Assembly: GCA_002269645.1 (NCBI GenBank)
Contig: NIVC01002762.1
Span: 1 to 64,000, forward strand
Source of the DNA: Macrostomum lignano
Lineage: Eukaryota
Direction of reading: 5' to 3'
DNA: 64,000 bases
Position 1 is the first letter of the stretch. Every line of letters starts with the position of its first letter. Under the pieces are notes generated by a model, which was given only the letters and a program-made list of their open reading frames with translations, ran no database searches and was not told where the DNA came from. Shown piece after piece: positions 33,435 to 46,400 of this stretch. Position numbers and translations under genes: made by a program.

Positions 33435-33822
33435 TCTCACTGAGTGTCCATCAAAGCCTCACTGAGTGTCCATCCAAGTCTCACTTAGAGTCCATCCAAG
33501 TCTCTCCGAGTGTCCATCCAAGTCTCTCCGAGTGTCCATCCAAGTCTCTCCGAGTGTCCATCCAAGTCTCTCTGAGTGTCCTACCAAGTCTCACTGAGTG
33601 TCCATCAAAGCCTCACTGAGTGTCCATCCAAGTCTCTCTGAGTGTCCTACCAAGTCTCACTGAGTGTCCATCAAAGCCTCACTGAGTGTCCATCAAAGTC
33701 TCACTGAGTGTCCACCCAAATCTCACTGAGTGTCCATCCAAGTCTCACTGAGTGTCCATCCGAGTCTCACTGAGTGTCCATCCGAGTCTCACTGAGTGTC
33801 CATCCAAGTCTGACTGAGTGTC
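33435..33822. repeat. 22-bp satellite GAGTGTCCATCCAAGTCTCACT, ~17 copies
   Basis: Period 22. Confidence 0.95.
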
Positions 33823-34870
33823 TATTCTGGACGTAAACCTGTTAAATAAAAAAATCAACAGTCAAATATTCAGCACGCACACAGACTCAACTACTGCAAG
33901 TAGAAATTTGAGCTCCCGCAGAGACAAATGGATGTAAATATTATAATTTCAACACTGATCCCATAATGAAGCATCCTCGCTGATTGGATCAGCAGTACAC
34001 CCAGTATCCTTCCAATCAATGATCGTGTGGGCAAGTCAATGACCGTCTTTTCCATCTATATGATTTGAGCTGGTAGCAACTCGAGAGGCCCAAGGTAACT
34101 TAGCACAGAAACCCGTAAAAGCATATATGACACTAACCTGACCACCGTCTAATCTGAAAACAGCTTTATGGTGAGTACCTGCCGTACTTGATTTGGAGCA
34201 TAATAATTACTTGTAGTTTTTCTACTTTTACCAGTACAACTGCATTAATTGAGTTCGTACAGCATGGCCTCCTAACTCATTGGCTACAATGGATTGCTAA
34301 TTTATAGCCATATCTGCTGGGTGAAGGAACAGAATGGATTGCTAATCTATAGCCATATCTGCTGGGTGAAGGAACAGAATGGATTGCTAATTTATAGCCA
34401 TATCTCGTAAATCCAGTAACCTGAACTTAGTCGCATTCCTTAGCTTATTAGATTTTTAGAATTTTTATTAACAATTTTTAGCTGTAGTTTGAACTTCAGC
34501 AGTACAGAGACGGAAGTCAGCTAAGCTTAATATATGTTTTCTACAGTGCAGCAAGTCCCATATTCTGGCAGCCAGGCAGCCTCAGGAAGAATTCGTGTTG
34601 GCATTTGTCAAGCGAGTCGATTTGTCAAAGCAGGCAGTGCATTGTAATGAATTATTGAGCTATGAGGCTGCTGGTGGGTTGTTGAAGCCGCAGCCGTCCT
34701 TTTATGACGAATTCTCAGCCGTATCAGCAGACTGCAGCCCTTTATCTTTATCCTTGCAGGATGTGCACTTTTAAAGTTTTTATATACCTATCTGTATTTA
34801 TACCAGACTCACACGGGCGCACTTAAGATCTGTGACTTCAGGTCAGCAAGGTGAATGCGGAACTGAAAAA

Positions 34871-35628
<758 letters not shown>

Positions 35629-36009
35629 CTCCTCTTCTTTTCTCTCCTCTACCATTTCTTAATATTTCCATAATAAACGCAAATTTAACTTTGATAAACT
35701 CCGTATTGAGAGAGTCAGCAACTGATAGCATTGAAGTTGGGTTTGGTGTGTGCGAACGGCACAGGCCTATCGAGTTGCTTTAGTAGGGCCCTGACCAGGG
35801 TCATTAAAGATCCCGGATCCGCGCTATCAGATAACAATGGTGAGCTGGCATGGCACATTAGATGCGAGCGTTTTATGCAAGAGTTTACTCATGCGCTATT
35901 GAAGGGCAATGCAGGCACCCTGTAGCACTTAACTGCATCTTGATTGGATCAGTCTAGGGAAGGAATTGTATAGTTTGGATTGCTTCTTTAAATAACCGAT
36001 AGCTAATTA

Positions 36010-36296
<287 letters not shown>

Positions 36297-36654
36297 ACTT
36301 ATTTACATGGCTATTCAGCTAAAAAATGAAATTCCCAACAGGAATTAGCAGCACTTGTTTCCGCCATCCCCCTGCCCGGCCTCAGGCGTGGGATCGCTGC
36401 GGACTGGCGGCGGGTGGTCGGACCGCAGTTGCATATTTTCTGGTATCGCGGTGTTGGCTTTTGCAGGCTTGAGAGGAAATAAATTATTAATATTTTTGTT
36501 GTAGTTGAGCGGCAAAATTTTTTTTGTGTCGGCTTAGCTGCAGTTCTCTGCTTTTGCCGGAACTGAATATTTTGCATGATTAGACGGCTCTAGGAGAATA
36601 TAAGCATGTGGAATACTTCTACTACTAATATAATTTAGCCACTTCACGTTTTAA

Positions 36655-37324
36655 AATCGGCGCCACTTTGTGTCAGAATCGGCGCCACCGTGTGTCAGAA
36701 TCGGCGCCACTGTGTATCAGAATCGGCGCCACTTTGTGTCAGAATCGGCGCCACTGTGTATCAGAATCGGCGCTATTTTGTGTCAGAATCGGCGCCACCG
36801 AGTGTCAGAATCGGCGCCACCGAGTGTCAGAATCGGCGCCACCGAGTGTCAGAATCGGCGCCACCGAGTGTCAGAATCGGCGCCACCGAGTGTCAGAATC
36901 GGCGCCACCGAGTGTCAGAATAGGCGCCACTGTGTATCAGAATCGGCGCCACCGTGTATCAGAATCGGCGCCACCGTGTATCAGAATCGGCGCTATTTTG
37001 TGTCAGAATCGGCGCCACCGTGTATCAGAATCGGCGCTATTTTGTGTCAGAATCGGCGCCACTGTGTATCAGAATCGGCGCTATTTTGTATCAGAATCGG
37101 CGCCACCGAGTGTCAGAATAGGCGCCACTGTGTATCAGAATCGGCGCTATTTTGTGTCAGAATCGGCGCCACCGAGTGTCAGAATAGGCGCCACTGTGTA
37201 TCAGAATCGGCGCTATTTTGTATCAAAATCGGCGCCACTTTGTATCAGAATCGGCGCCACTGTGTATCTGAATCGGCGCCACCGTGTATCAGGATCGGCA
37301 GCACCGTTTGTCAGAATCGGCGCC
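36655..37324. repeat. 22-23-bp satellite CAGAATCGGCGCCACCG(A/T)GTGT, ~30 copies
   Basis: Period 22, with CGCTATTTTG variants. Confidence 0.95.
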
Positions 37325-38107
37325 TAATAGTTTCTACATGTACTTTATTGTTGATATGTAGTTGTCAGGGTGACATGGCCTTCACACTTTATTCTCGTCT
37401 TGTGCTCTCCTTTTCGATTTAGTACAGTTGGAAGTGGAAATTTTAATTTTTAAGTGCCTTTTATTCATTGGACAAAAAGTTTATCAAGTCCTTTAAAATT
37501 TGGTATGGCTCTACTGCAGCTTTGGTAACTGAAAACGTCAAGAGACTTTTCTATTGTTTGTAAAACATGCAATCCTATAGATATTATTTATTCATACATA
37601 AATCAGCTTGCAGCTAATCAAGTTGCAAATTGTCATTAAAAGTTACCAAAAGTCCAATTAAAGTGCATCATAGTCTGTGCAAGTAGCAGACTCATTCGTT
37701 TGTGTGCTTTTGTGCTATGCCCAGCTCTGAGAAGCGCTCTGATTGGCGGCTAAGTTGCACTTTAACTGGCTATTTTTGGCAGATAAACTGAATTTAATAC
37801 ACTTTAGATGAGGCTATGTTGAACTTGAGTTGGATATTGTGCTATACCTTGACAGGAAAACCTATATATTCGCTTTAATTGGGCAAGATAAGAAAGTCAC
37901 AAGGCGAAGATGTACAGCACCCCTTGTGCGCGTGCGTGCTCAGGGGTCAGTGGAATGGGGGTGGGGCTAGCTAGCTAACTGCAGATAATTGCCTTCTCGA
38001 TTGGCCCAAATGTACATTCTCTCTTATTGATAAGCAGGCTGGTCGCAGCTATAAAGCCGGTAGAACCAGATAATGTTAAGAAACGTTTTTCCTCCGACGC
38101 GTCTACT

Positions 38108-39586
38108 ATGGAGTCGCATCGACCAGAACTGAAAACGGTGGCCCATTCGGCACCAGTCAAACTTCTGTTGCTATGCAATGAGGCCATGCGGAAGCGATGC
38201 CAGTGTCTGGCCGGGCTGCTCCAGTCCGCTGCCTGCCACGATCGTCGGCTCCTAACTGTCCAATTGAAATGCGTCACCTTTGCGGAGACTGACAATGGCG
38301 ATGGAGCATTCTCGATGTCGGCGAAGACGTACTTGCAGCTGGAGAGCACCGATGTTGTGCTCTGCATGCTCCGGGTCGGCCGGGTGCAGGTGGCGACGTG
38401 GCGCCAGCTCGTTGACATGCTGGCGGCGCGACAGGCTCGCTTTCGCGACGTCAAGAACGACAGCAATCAGCATCCGGTGATGCTCCTCCAGTGCTGCGGC
38501 GCCGCCTACGCTGTGGACGAAGTTTCCGAGAAAGCGGCTCCGGACACGGACCCGAGCTCGGTGGATTGGCGGCTTCGAAGTTGGCTGGCCGGTCACGCCA
38601 ACTGCCAGCCAGACGATCTCGCCAGCGTCAGCGTCGACAACAGCAGCGCCGGGAAGGCACTGCGTCACCGACTGTTTGGCAGGCGCTATCGAATTCAGGT
38701 CGAGTTCGCTGACTACGCCTGCGCCGCTTCGTCGATGCCTCGGCGGCATTCGCTCTATCGACTCACCAGCGGTCGAGCAGCTGCCGACGGAGGCTGCAGC
38801 CCCCAGGCCGTCGTCAAGCGGTGCCTCTCCCTGGACGACCAACTGGACAGTAGTGCGCTGGACGAGTCGGGCTACTGCTGCTTCAACAGCACCAACAACG
38901 AAGACAAGCTGGCAGTTGAGCACAAGCAGCAGTTGTTCCATTTGGATTTCATCAAACCAGCTGGCGCAGCAGCTACGCTGGTGATCGCTGCCACCAGGTC
39001 GTGCTCCGTAGAAGCGGAACTCTGCTTGAACAATCTCAATAGTCGTGGACACCGCGCCTTGTTCATCGACGCATTCGCCGCTTCGTTGCAGAACAAGGGA
39101 CTGCAGCCGCAACCGCCGCAGCCACAGCAGAGACGGATGTCAACTTTGCGTCTGTTGCTGAGTGGCCGACGTCGCAATGATCCAGTCGTTCAGCTGGCCG
39201 ACACTCTGGCCCAGCTGACGCCTCAGTCGGCTAGCGGAGTCGTTCTTCTGCTGTTCTGCCGTCGGCATCGAAGTCGCCTACTGGCGGAGCTGCTCCGCTG
39301 CGCTGCTCAACCGGAATCGAAGTTGACCGCCCTGCCGCAAGCCGTCTTCGTTGCCATCGTTGGTCCCGTGACCGAAGTGGAGTCTCAGCAGCTGCGACAG
39401 CTGGGCAACTGCAATGATCTGCTTCGCTGCCAGCTGGACGTGATCTGCTGTCCGGAGGGTCTGGCCGGTCAGCGGGTGTTGAGCTGCCTGGTGCCCGGAC
39501 TCACCGCCATGCTCCGACAGTTGGAAGTGGCGGCTGCTGCCGCTCACCGGCCCTGCAAGTTCAGAGCAGATCGAAAAATGCCTTAA
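38108..39586 (+). CDS. Intronless hypothetical protein (~492 aa from ATG 38108), possibly tandem degenerate P-loop-GTPase-like domains
   Basis: Uninterrupted non-repetitive GC-rich ORF (open from 38027) in AT-rich surroundings, with coding-like codon usage. No family recognised with certainty. Confidence 0.8.
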   Translation: MESHRPELKTVAHSAPVKLLLLCNEAMRKRCQCLAGLLQSAACHDRRLLTVQLKCVTFAETDNGDGAFSMSAKTYLQLESTDVVLCMLRVGRVQVATWRQLVDMLAARQARFRDVKNDSNQHPVMLLQCCGAAYAVDEVSEKAAPDTDPSSVDWRLRSWLAGHANCQPDDLASVSVDNSSAGKALRHRLFGRRYRIQVEFADYACAASSMPRRHSLYRLTSGRAAADGGCSPQAVVKRCLSLDDQLDSSALDESGYCCFNSTNNEDKLAVEHKQQLFHLDFIKPAGAAATLVIAATRSCSVEAELCLNNLNSRGHRALFIDAFAASLQNKGLQPQPPQPQQRRMSTLRLLLSGRRRNDPVVQLADTLAQLTPQSASGVVLLLFCRRHRSRLLAELLRCAAQPESKLTALPQAVFVAIVGPVTEVESQQLRQLGNCNDLLRCQLDVICCPEGLAGQRVLSCLVPGLTAMLRQLEVAAAAAHRPCKFRADRKMP

Positions 39587-39916
39587 TTAATAGCTTTGAT
39601 TTTTAACAAAAAAATGATGATGATAGCATTTTTATCACCTAAAATTTGGCTCAATAAAATATGTTTGTCTTCGACGATAGTGATTTTTACCCTTCGCAGA
39701 AGTTCAATTTAACTAAAGAAAATAGTGCGTAGGTTGTTAACACATTATTTTTGTTAGAAATGACCCACTCTGTGGCCAAATCTATCTTATTATATTGACT
39801 ATAATAAAATGTGTGATGCTATATAGGTTGATTGTAATATTGAAAAATTGGCTCCGATGAATAGCAATATACCCATCACTGGTTCTACAATACCGTCTCA
39901 GTTTAATATGAATTTA

Positions 39917-40031
39917 GCGGCCGTCTCCCGAGACCCCGAAAACCCCGGGGTTTTCCACAGACACCAGAGACACCAGCTGCTGCTGAAGCTATAGTCTATG
40001 GTCTGAACCCTGGGGTTTTCACTCTGCGGCC
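39917..40031. mobile_element. Short MITE-like element, second copy at 47407-47553
   Basis: Both copies begin TTTAGCGGCCGTC, contain GAAAACCC/GGGGTTTTC inverted motifs, CAGACACCAGCTGCTG and GTCTATGGTC, and end CTGCGGCC. Confidence 0.7.
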
Positions 40032-40514
40032 AGATGGCTGAAGTGGCCTATGTAGGAGTGTATTGAATCTGTGATGCCGAAAGCTTTGCATCAAGTGAGG
40101 ATTTACGAATGTCACTTTCGTGCTTCAATCTTAGAATCTAAACTGTAGGATTCAAGACTTGAAGGCGGTATAGTTAGGGATAAGCCTCTAGAAATTAGTC
40201 TAAAAAGATAAAGAGAATTAATTCAATTTTCTTTGCTAGCTCCGCGCAAAACTAAGAAGGTTGGCAGTGGGGACTTGGGAGCAGAAAGTGGCTCATAGAT
40301 CTGGCCAGTTGCCTAATTTGGGAAGACGGTTAGGGTTCCTGCGGGAGCTGCAAGTCAACTGCATCAAATTTGGACTTTTGCTTTTGATACTCTTCTTGTA
40401 TGGGAGCAAGAGTTTTTTGTACACTGGCGAGTTTTAGGCTAAAAAATATAGCTTATCTTGCTTTTTCTGCTTCTAAATAGATAGCCAATGTAGTTAATAA
40501 GGTGAAAAAGTAGC

Positions 40515-40710
40515 TAGGTTTGATGAGGTGCAAGAGTAGGTTTGATGAGGCGCCAAAGTACGAGCGTAGGTTTGATGAGGCGCCAAAGTACGAGCGTAGG
40601 TTTGATGAGGCTCCAAGATAGGTTTGATGAGGCGCCAAAGTAGGCTTGGTGAGGCGCCAAAGTAGGCTTGGTGAGGCGCCAAAGTAGGCTTGATGAGGCG
40701 CCAAAGTAGG
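40515..40710. repeat. 22-28-bp minisatellite GGTTTGATGAGGCGCCAAAGTA
   Basis: About 8 units. Confidence 0.9.
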
Positions 40711-40858
40711 GTTTTGGTTCCCCATAATGTATTTTTGTAGTTTTGGCATGTTCTTCATATTGCAAAGTATTGTTTTGGCGTTCAAAAAGTGTCTTAGAAA
40801 CGTGATGTCTCGTGATGTCTGTATACAACGGTTAAAAGAGGGCAATAAAAGTGCAATA

Positions 40859-42696
40859 ATGAATGCATCTCAGCTGGTGGCCCAGGCGGCTTACTCGTGC
40901 AAATTCAATCTATGCTCAAGAGTTACAGTAGTACACTTTGTACTTTCAATTCTAGTCGAATCGCTCGGCAACTTGTCAGGAAGAAGTGGCGACCACAAGC
41001 AGCCTGTTTCTGTCGGTGGTGATCGGGCTGTTCAGCCTGGTGATTGTGCTGGGCCTGTTCGGCAATTCGCTGGTCATCCTGGTGATCCTGGCCAACAGGC
41101 ACATGCGCAGCACCACCAACATCCTCATCACCTCGCTAGCTGTGGCTGACCTGCTCTTCATCACACTGTGCGTACCGTTCACGGCTCTGTTCTATCGATT
41201 CACCTGGAAGTTTGGCCACTTCTGGTGCGTCATGTTTCAATATTTCACCTATGTGCCCGTGTATGCCAGTGTCTACACTCTGGTACTCATGAGTTTCGAC
41301 AGGTGCGTGTAACTATTTTGTTATAATATGCTTATACTCAGGTTACGGGCCTTTAGAAAGGCTGTTATTTAACAATTTGACAAGAAGTCTAAGCATAATC
41401 CGCGATTTAGATGTCCTTAAGTGAATAACTATCAATAATAACAATAGTTTTTGTTTCTTCTTCTACTTATTACTTCCAGGACGTCTAATAGAAAATACTA
41501 ATAAATTAAGGTTTTTAAATCTTATAAAAATAGTAATAAAAGACTACCCCGCCATTGTGAGTTCAGTCAGTTCACGGATCAACAGGTTCACCCCGTGGCT
41601 CCGCCTCAAGGCCCCAGCAAAATGAGCAGCAAAACGTCCTGTTGTTGAGTTGCTCTCGACCCAGTCAGTTCACGGGCGTTGCAGCGGAGCCTCTGGCAAT
41701 AGCAGCAATAGTACAGTTTGATCACAATCCATCCTTGTCCCATCCGTCAGGTACCTGGCCGTGGTGCACCCCGTGCGCAGCATTGGCTGGCGAACGAAAT
41801 CCAACACTCTGCTGACCGTCGCTGTCACCTGGCTAGTGATTTCAGCTTCGCACGTGCCATTCGCTATGGGCGTTGGCGTCACCACGATCCCAATGAGCAG
41901 CACCTGTCTGTGCAACAATTCAGCTGCGAACTGCACCACAATATCCGAAGTTGGCATCTGCTCCTACGTTGGCTTCTACTCGGATCCGCTGGCCGGCCGG
42001 TTCAGCCTGATTGGCAAAATATTCTACGCCGCATTCAACATTCTGGGCTACGTGCTGCCCTACGCGCTGATCATCACTCTGTACGTCCTGCTGGTGAAAC
42101 GGCTGCTGTACGATCGGTCGTCATCGCGCCTGCCGCAGTCGATTGAGGCTGTAAAATCCAAGCGACGCGTCACCCGGATGGTAGTAACCGTCGTAGCCAT
42201 ATTCGGCACCTGTTGGCTTCCCATTCACGTGATTTTCGCTCTGCAAAGCTGGCACGGCGACCTAGAGGAGGTTTGGTTTAGATACCTGCAAGTGGTGTCG
42301 CAGGTCCTAGCCTACATGAACAGCTGCATGAATCCCATTGTCTACGCGTTCGTTTCCGACAATTTTCGTCAAGCGTTTGCCAGTTTTTTAACTGGCATCC
42401 GATTGAAGCCCAAAACGCGAGATGTCGCTGCCGCTGATAATGGCAATCGGCGGTGCAGGCCGTTGCTTGAGCAGCTGCATCAACAGCGGGAAGATTTTGG
42501 CTTCAATCTGGAGCACCAGGAGCTCGATCACCAACTGCAGGTTGGCAGTGAACTGAGCAATAGTAACAAAGCACAGGCCGATGGAACTGCTGGATGTGCG
42601 ACCATGGAGATGACGCCGCTGTGCGGAGCTGTGCAGCTGACTGTTCAAGTGCATTCGAGCGCTACTCACGATGCCGAATACGCCGAAGAGAGCTGA
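40859..42696 (+). CDS. Class A neuropeptide GPCR, allatostatin-A/galanin/kisspeptin receptor-like, ~451 aa
   Basis: Exons 40956-41302 and 41751-42696 join to give DR|YLAVVHP. Motifs GLFGNSLVI, MRSTTNILI..LAVADLLF..CVPFTA, CWLPIH and LAYMNSCMNPIVYAFVSDNFRQAF are present. The first exon 40859-40921 (MNAS...) is tentative. Confidence 0.92.
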
Positions 42697-43423
42697 CGAT
42701 GTTTTTTTCTGAGTAGCTTTTCTTCTGTCAAGAAAAATCTAAGTAAATGGGCAACTGTGTCGAATAGCTCTAATTGGAATGAGACTAAAATCTTAGGGAG
42801 AAAAAACACCGGTTTGAGGCAGTGCGCAAAGCAAAGTACAGGCTAGAAGTGCAGGCTTTTTTGTTCATTAGCTTGTTGTCGACTAATTAGATGAGACTGG
42901 TGACGGAAAAGCGCTGGCGGCAGCTTGTATGCGGATGTTGAACTATGCTGTTTTTTTACAATATTACCAAAGTTACAATATTCAGTGTTATCCACAATTC
43001 AAAGTGTATGTTGTTTGAGAAAATATTCCCAATTTTCTATTTCGTTTCAAGTGGCAGTCTCATTAAAGTACCATATAGATTTCCAATATTAAAATATTTT
43101 TTGTCAGTGTCAAATTGTTTAGTCTGCAAATCAAGCGATAATTAATTAAAAAATAACAAATTGCAGCATCTATTTCAACAGCCGGGCAGCAGAAGTGATA
43201 AAAAAAACTCTTCCAATAAATAATATTCATGTGTAAGCGTGAAGTTCGTGAGCTGTAGAGTGCAAATAAAAATCTACAAAACCATACAAAAAACTGAAGA
43301 AGATCATAGAAGATTCGAAGCGCTTTACTTAAAAACAATTTCTCATATAGTTACAAGTGATATCTAATAAAAATCGTGTTTTTTGTAAATATTCCTCGAG
43401 TTTCTATATATTGGACACAATTA

Positions 43424-46400
43424 TCAGTGGCGCAGACTTTCGACAATTGGCGGGAATCGAACCTGGCGCTGCGTTTCCGTTCTGTCCGGCTCTTCATCGG
43501 TTGACTCGTCCGTTTCGCTGCCCGATTCAGCGTCGGCTGGCCGGTGGCGGCCCGGCTGCTTCTTCTGGCCGTCCGATCCGACTGCTGCCACCACCGTGTT
43601 TGATCTGTGCGCTCGCCACGACGGCTGGGGCAAGTTGTCGGACAGATTGAACGACTTGAACTCCTGTCAGTTTGGATTGGGGGGTAGGACAGCCTGATTA
43701 GCTCCTATCGTGTAAGCCAGTGAAGAGTAGTGGCTAGATTTAGATGGATGGCTCAATGGGGGGGGGGAGGTCCTTCCCTAGAAGCTGGAAGACTATAGGG
43801 GATTTTCGATGGTTAGTATGTGGGTTGCTGACAGATAAATCCCGGGCAGAAATCTGCAAAACTCTCCAGAAATGTGTCCTATGAACCCCCTGCCCCATGG
43901 GAAAACCGACAAACCCTCGACTGTTGCCAAATCGGCTGTTTGTTTGCTTCAATTATCTGACAAAACTTTGATGATACAAAAATACAGATTGATTTTAAAA
44001 GTACAATTGATAATTATAGTTGGTCTATAAGAACTGAAAACTCTGGCCCCGAATGGTTACTCACGGTAGTTTTGAGCACAGTGTACGGAGTGCACACGGA
44101 GCCAGGTGCGACTGCTCGGTGCGTTGACGCTCCGCCGTATTCAACGCGACGATCAGTTCGAGTCAGGCGGATTCGTTCGAAGTCTTTCTCGGCTTTAGCG
44201 CCAATTAGCGGCTGCGGAGGGGGCGAAGTTTAACTATGTCGGAAGTTCTCTGTGAGATTAGCCAGTTAACAGTTAACATAACAGAGCCACAGCCAGTTCA
44301 CAGTTAACATAACAGAGCCACAGCCAGTTCACAGTTAACATAACAGAGCCACAGCCAGTTCACAGTTAACATAACAGAGCCACAGCCAGTTAACAGTTAA
44401 CATAACAGAGCCACAGCCAGTTCACAGTTAACATAACAGAGCCACAGCCAGTTCACAGTTAACATAACAGAGCCACAGCCAGTTCACAGTTAACATAACA
44501 GAGCCACAGCCAGTTCACAGTTAACATAACAGAGCCACAGCCAGTTCACAGTTAACATAACAGAGCCACAGCCAGTTCACAGTTAACATAACAGAGCCAC
44601 AGCCAGTTAACAGTTAACATAACAGAGCCACAGCCAGTTCACAGTTAACATAACAGAGCCACAGCCAGTTCACAGTTAACATAACAGAGCCACAGCCAGT
44701 TCACAGTTAACATAACAGAGCCACAGCCAGTTCACAGTTAACATAACAGAGCCACAGCCAGTTCACAGTTAACATAACAGAGCCACAGCCAGTTCACAGT
44801 TAACATAACAGAGCCACAGCCAGTTCACAGTTAACATAACAGAGCCACAGCCAGTTAACAGTTAACATAACAGAGCCACAGCCAGTTCACAGTTAACATA
44901 ACAGAGCCACAGCCAGTTCACAGTTAACATAACAGAGCCACAGCCAGTTCACAGTTAACATAACAGAGCCACAGCCAGTTCACAGTTAACATAACAGAGC
45001 CACAGCCAGTTCACAGTTAACATAACAGAGCCACAGCCAGTTCACAGTTAACATAACAGAGCCACAGCCAGTTCACAGTTAACATAACAGAGCCACAGCC
45101 AGTTCACAGTTAACATAACAGAGCCACAGCCAGTTCACAGTTAACATAACAGAGCCACAGCCAGTTCACAGTTAACATAACAGAGCCACAGCCAGTTCAC
45201 AGTTAACATAACAGAGCCACAGCCAGTTCACAGTTAACATAACAGAGCCACAGCCAGTTCACAGTTAACATAACAGAGCCACAGCCAGTTCACAGTTAAC
45301 ATAACAGAGCCACAGCCAGTTAACAGTTAACATAACAGAGCCACAGCCAGTTCACAGTTAACATAACAGAGCCACAGCCAGTTCACAGTTAACATAACAG
45401 AGCCACAGCCAGTTCACAGTTAACATAACAGAGCCACAGCCAGTTCACAGTTAACATAACAGAGCCACAGCCAGTTCACAGTTAACATAACAGAGCCACA
45501 GCCAGTTCACAGTTAACATAACAGAGCCACAGCCAGTTCACAGTTAACATAACAGAGCCACAGCCAGTTCACAGTTAACATAACAGAGCCACAGCCAGTT
45601 CACAGTTAACATAACAGAGCCACAGCCAGTTCACAGTTAACATAACAGAGCCACAGCCAGTTCACAGTTAACATAACAGAGCCACAGCCAGTTCACAGTT
45701 AACATAACAGAGCCACAGCCAGCTATCAGCAAAATTATTCGGAGCTACGAACATATATAATACTGTTTATTGTTTACCTTGTAAACTCCCGTGTCTCCGA
45801 TGGCTGGCATAGTCTGCGAACGAATTTTCAGCGAACCATTCTCAGCATCCGTTGAGTTGTCCTGAAATCAGGATGATAAAAGTAGAAACCGATGACAGAC
45901 CCAGATTTTTGCTCAAGCTGCCCATATTACATATTGTAAACACGCATGTTTAGTTTCAGGATAAGTCAACTAGTCAACTCCAGTTTAGGCTTCTAGAAGT
46001 TCTAGCGCATCTTTTAGCAGCAAAATATCCTATTACCCCCCCCCGGTAGTCGACATCAGACTAATCTCATTACCTGTTCGTCACCGCTGGTGCTGGCATC
46101 GACGCCTTCATTTTTTGAGTCCGCTAATGTCCGCTCGTCATCTTCCTCAGCTTCCTGCTCTCCGAGTGTGACGACTGGAATTAAAACCAGCAACGATACT
46201 ACACTGTTTAGTCCCTGATCTGCAAAAATATTTATAGCTACTGTCACTAATTTGCTTACCGTCTTCAAAGAATTTTTGTCGATCAATCTGAGCCTGCATC
46301 CACGTTTTTCTGACGCCGATGTCCCACGGTTTAGGCTGAAAGTAAAAACCAGTGAATATAGACAAATGATGTGAACTTGAGAGTTAAAATGGAGCCTGAA

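Noticed and set aside
44260-45722. CRISPR-like regular arrays (also 16423-17507, 26664-27390, 36655-37324)
   Set aside because: Head-to-tail repeats with no unique spacers, no cas genes, and a eukaryotic intronic or intergenic context.
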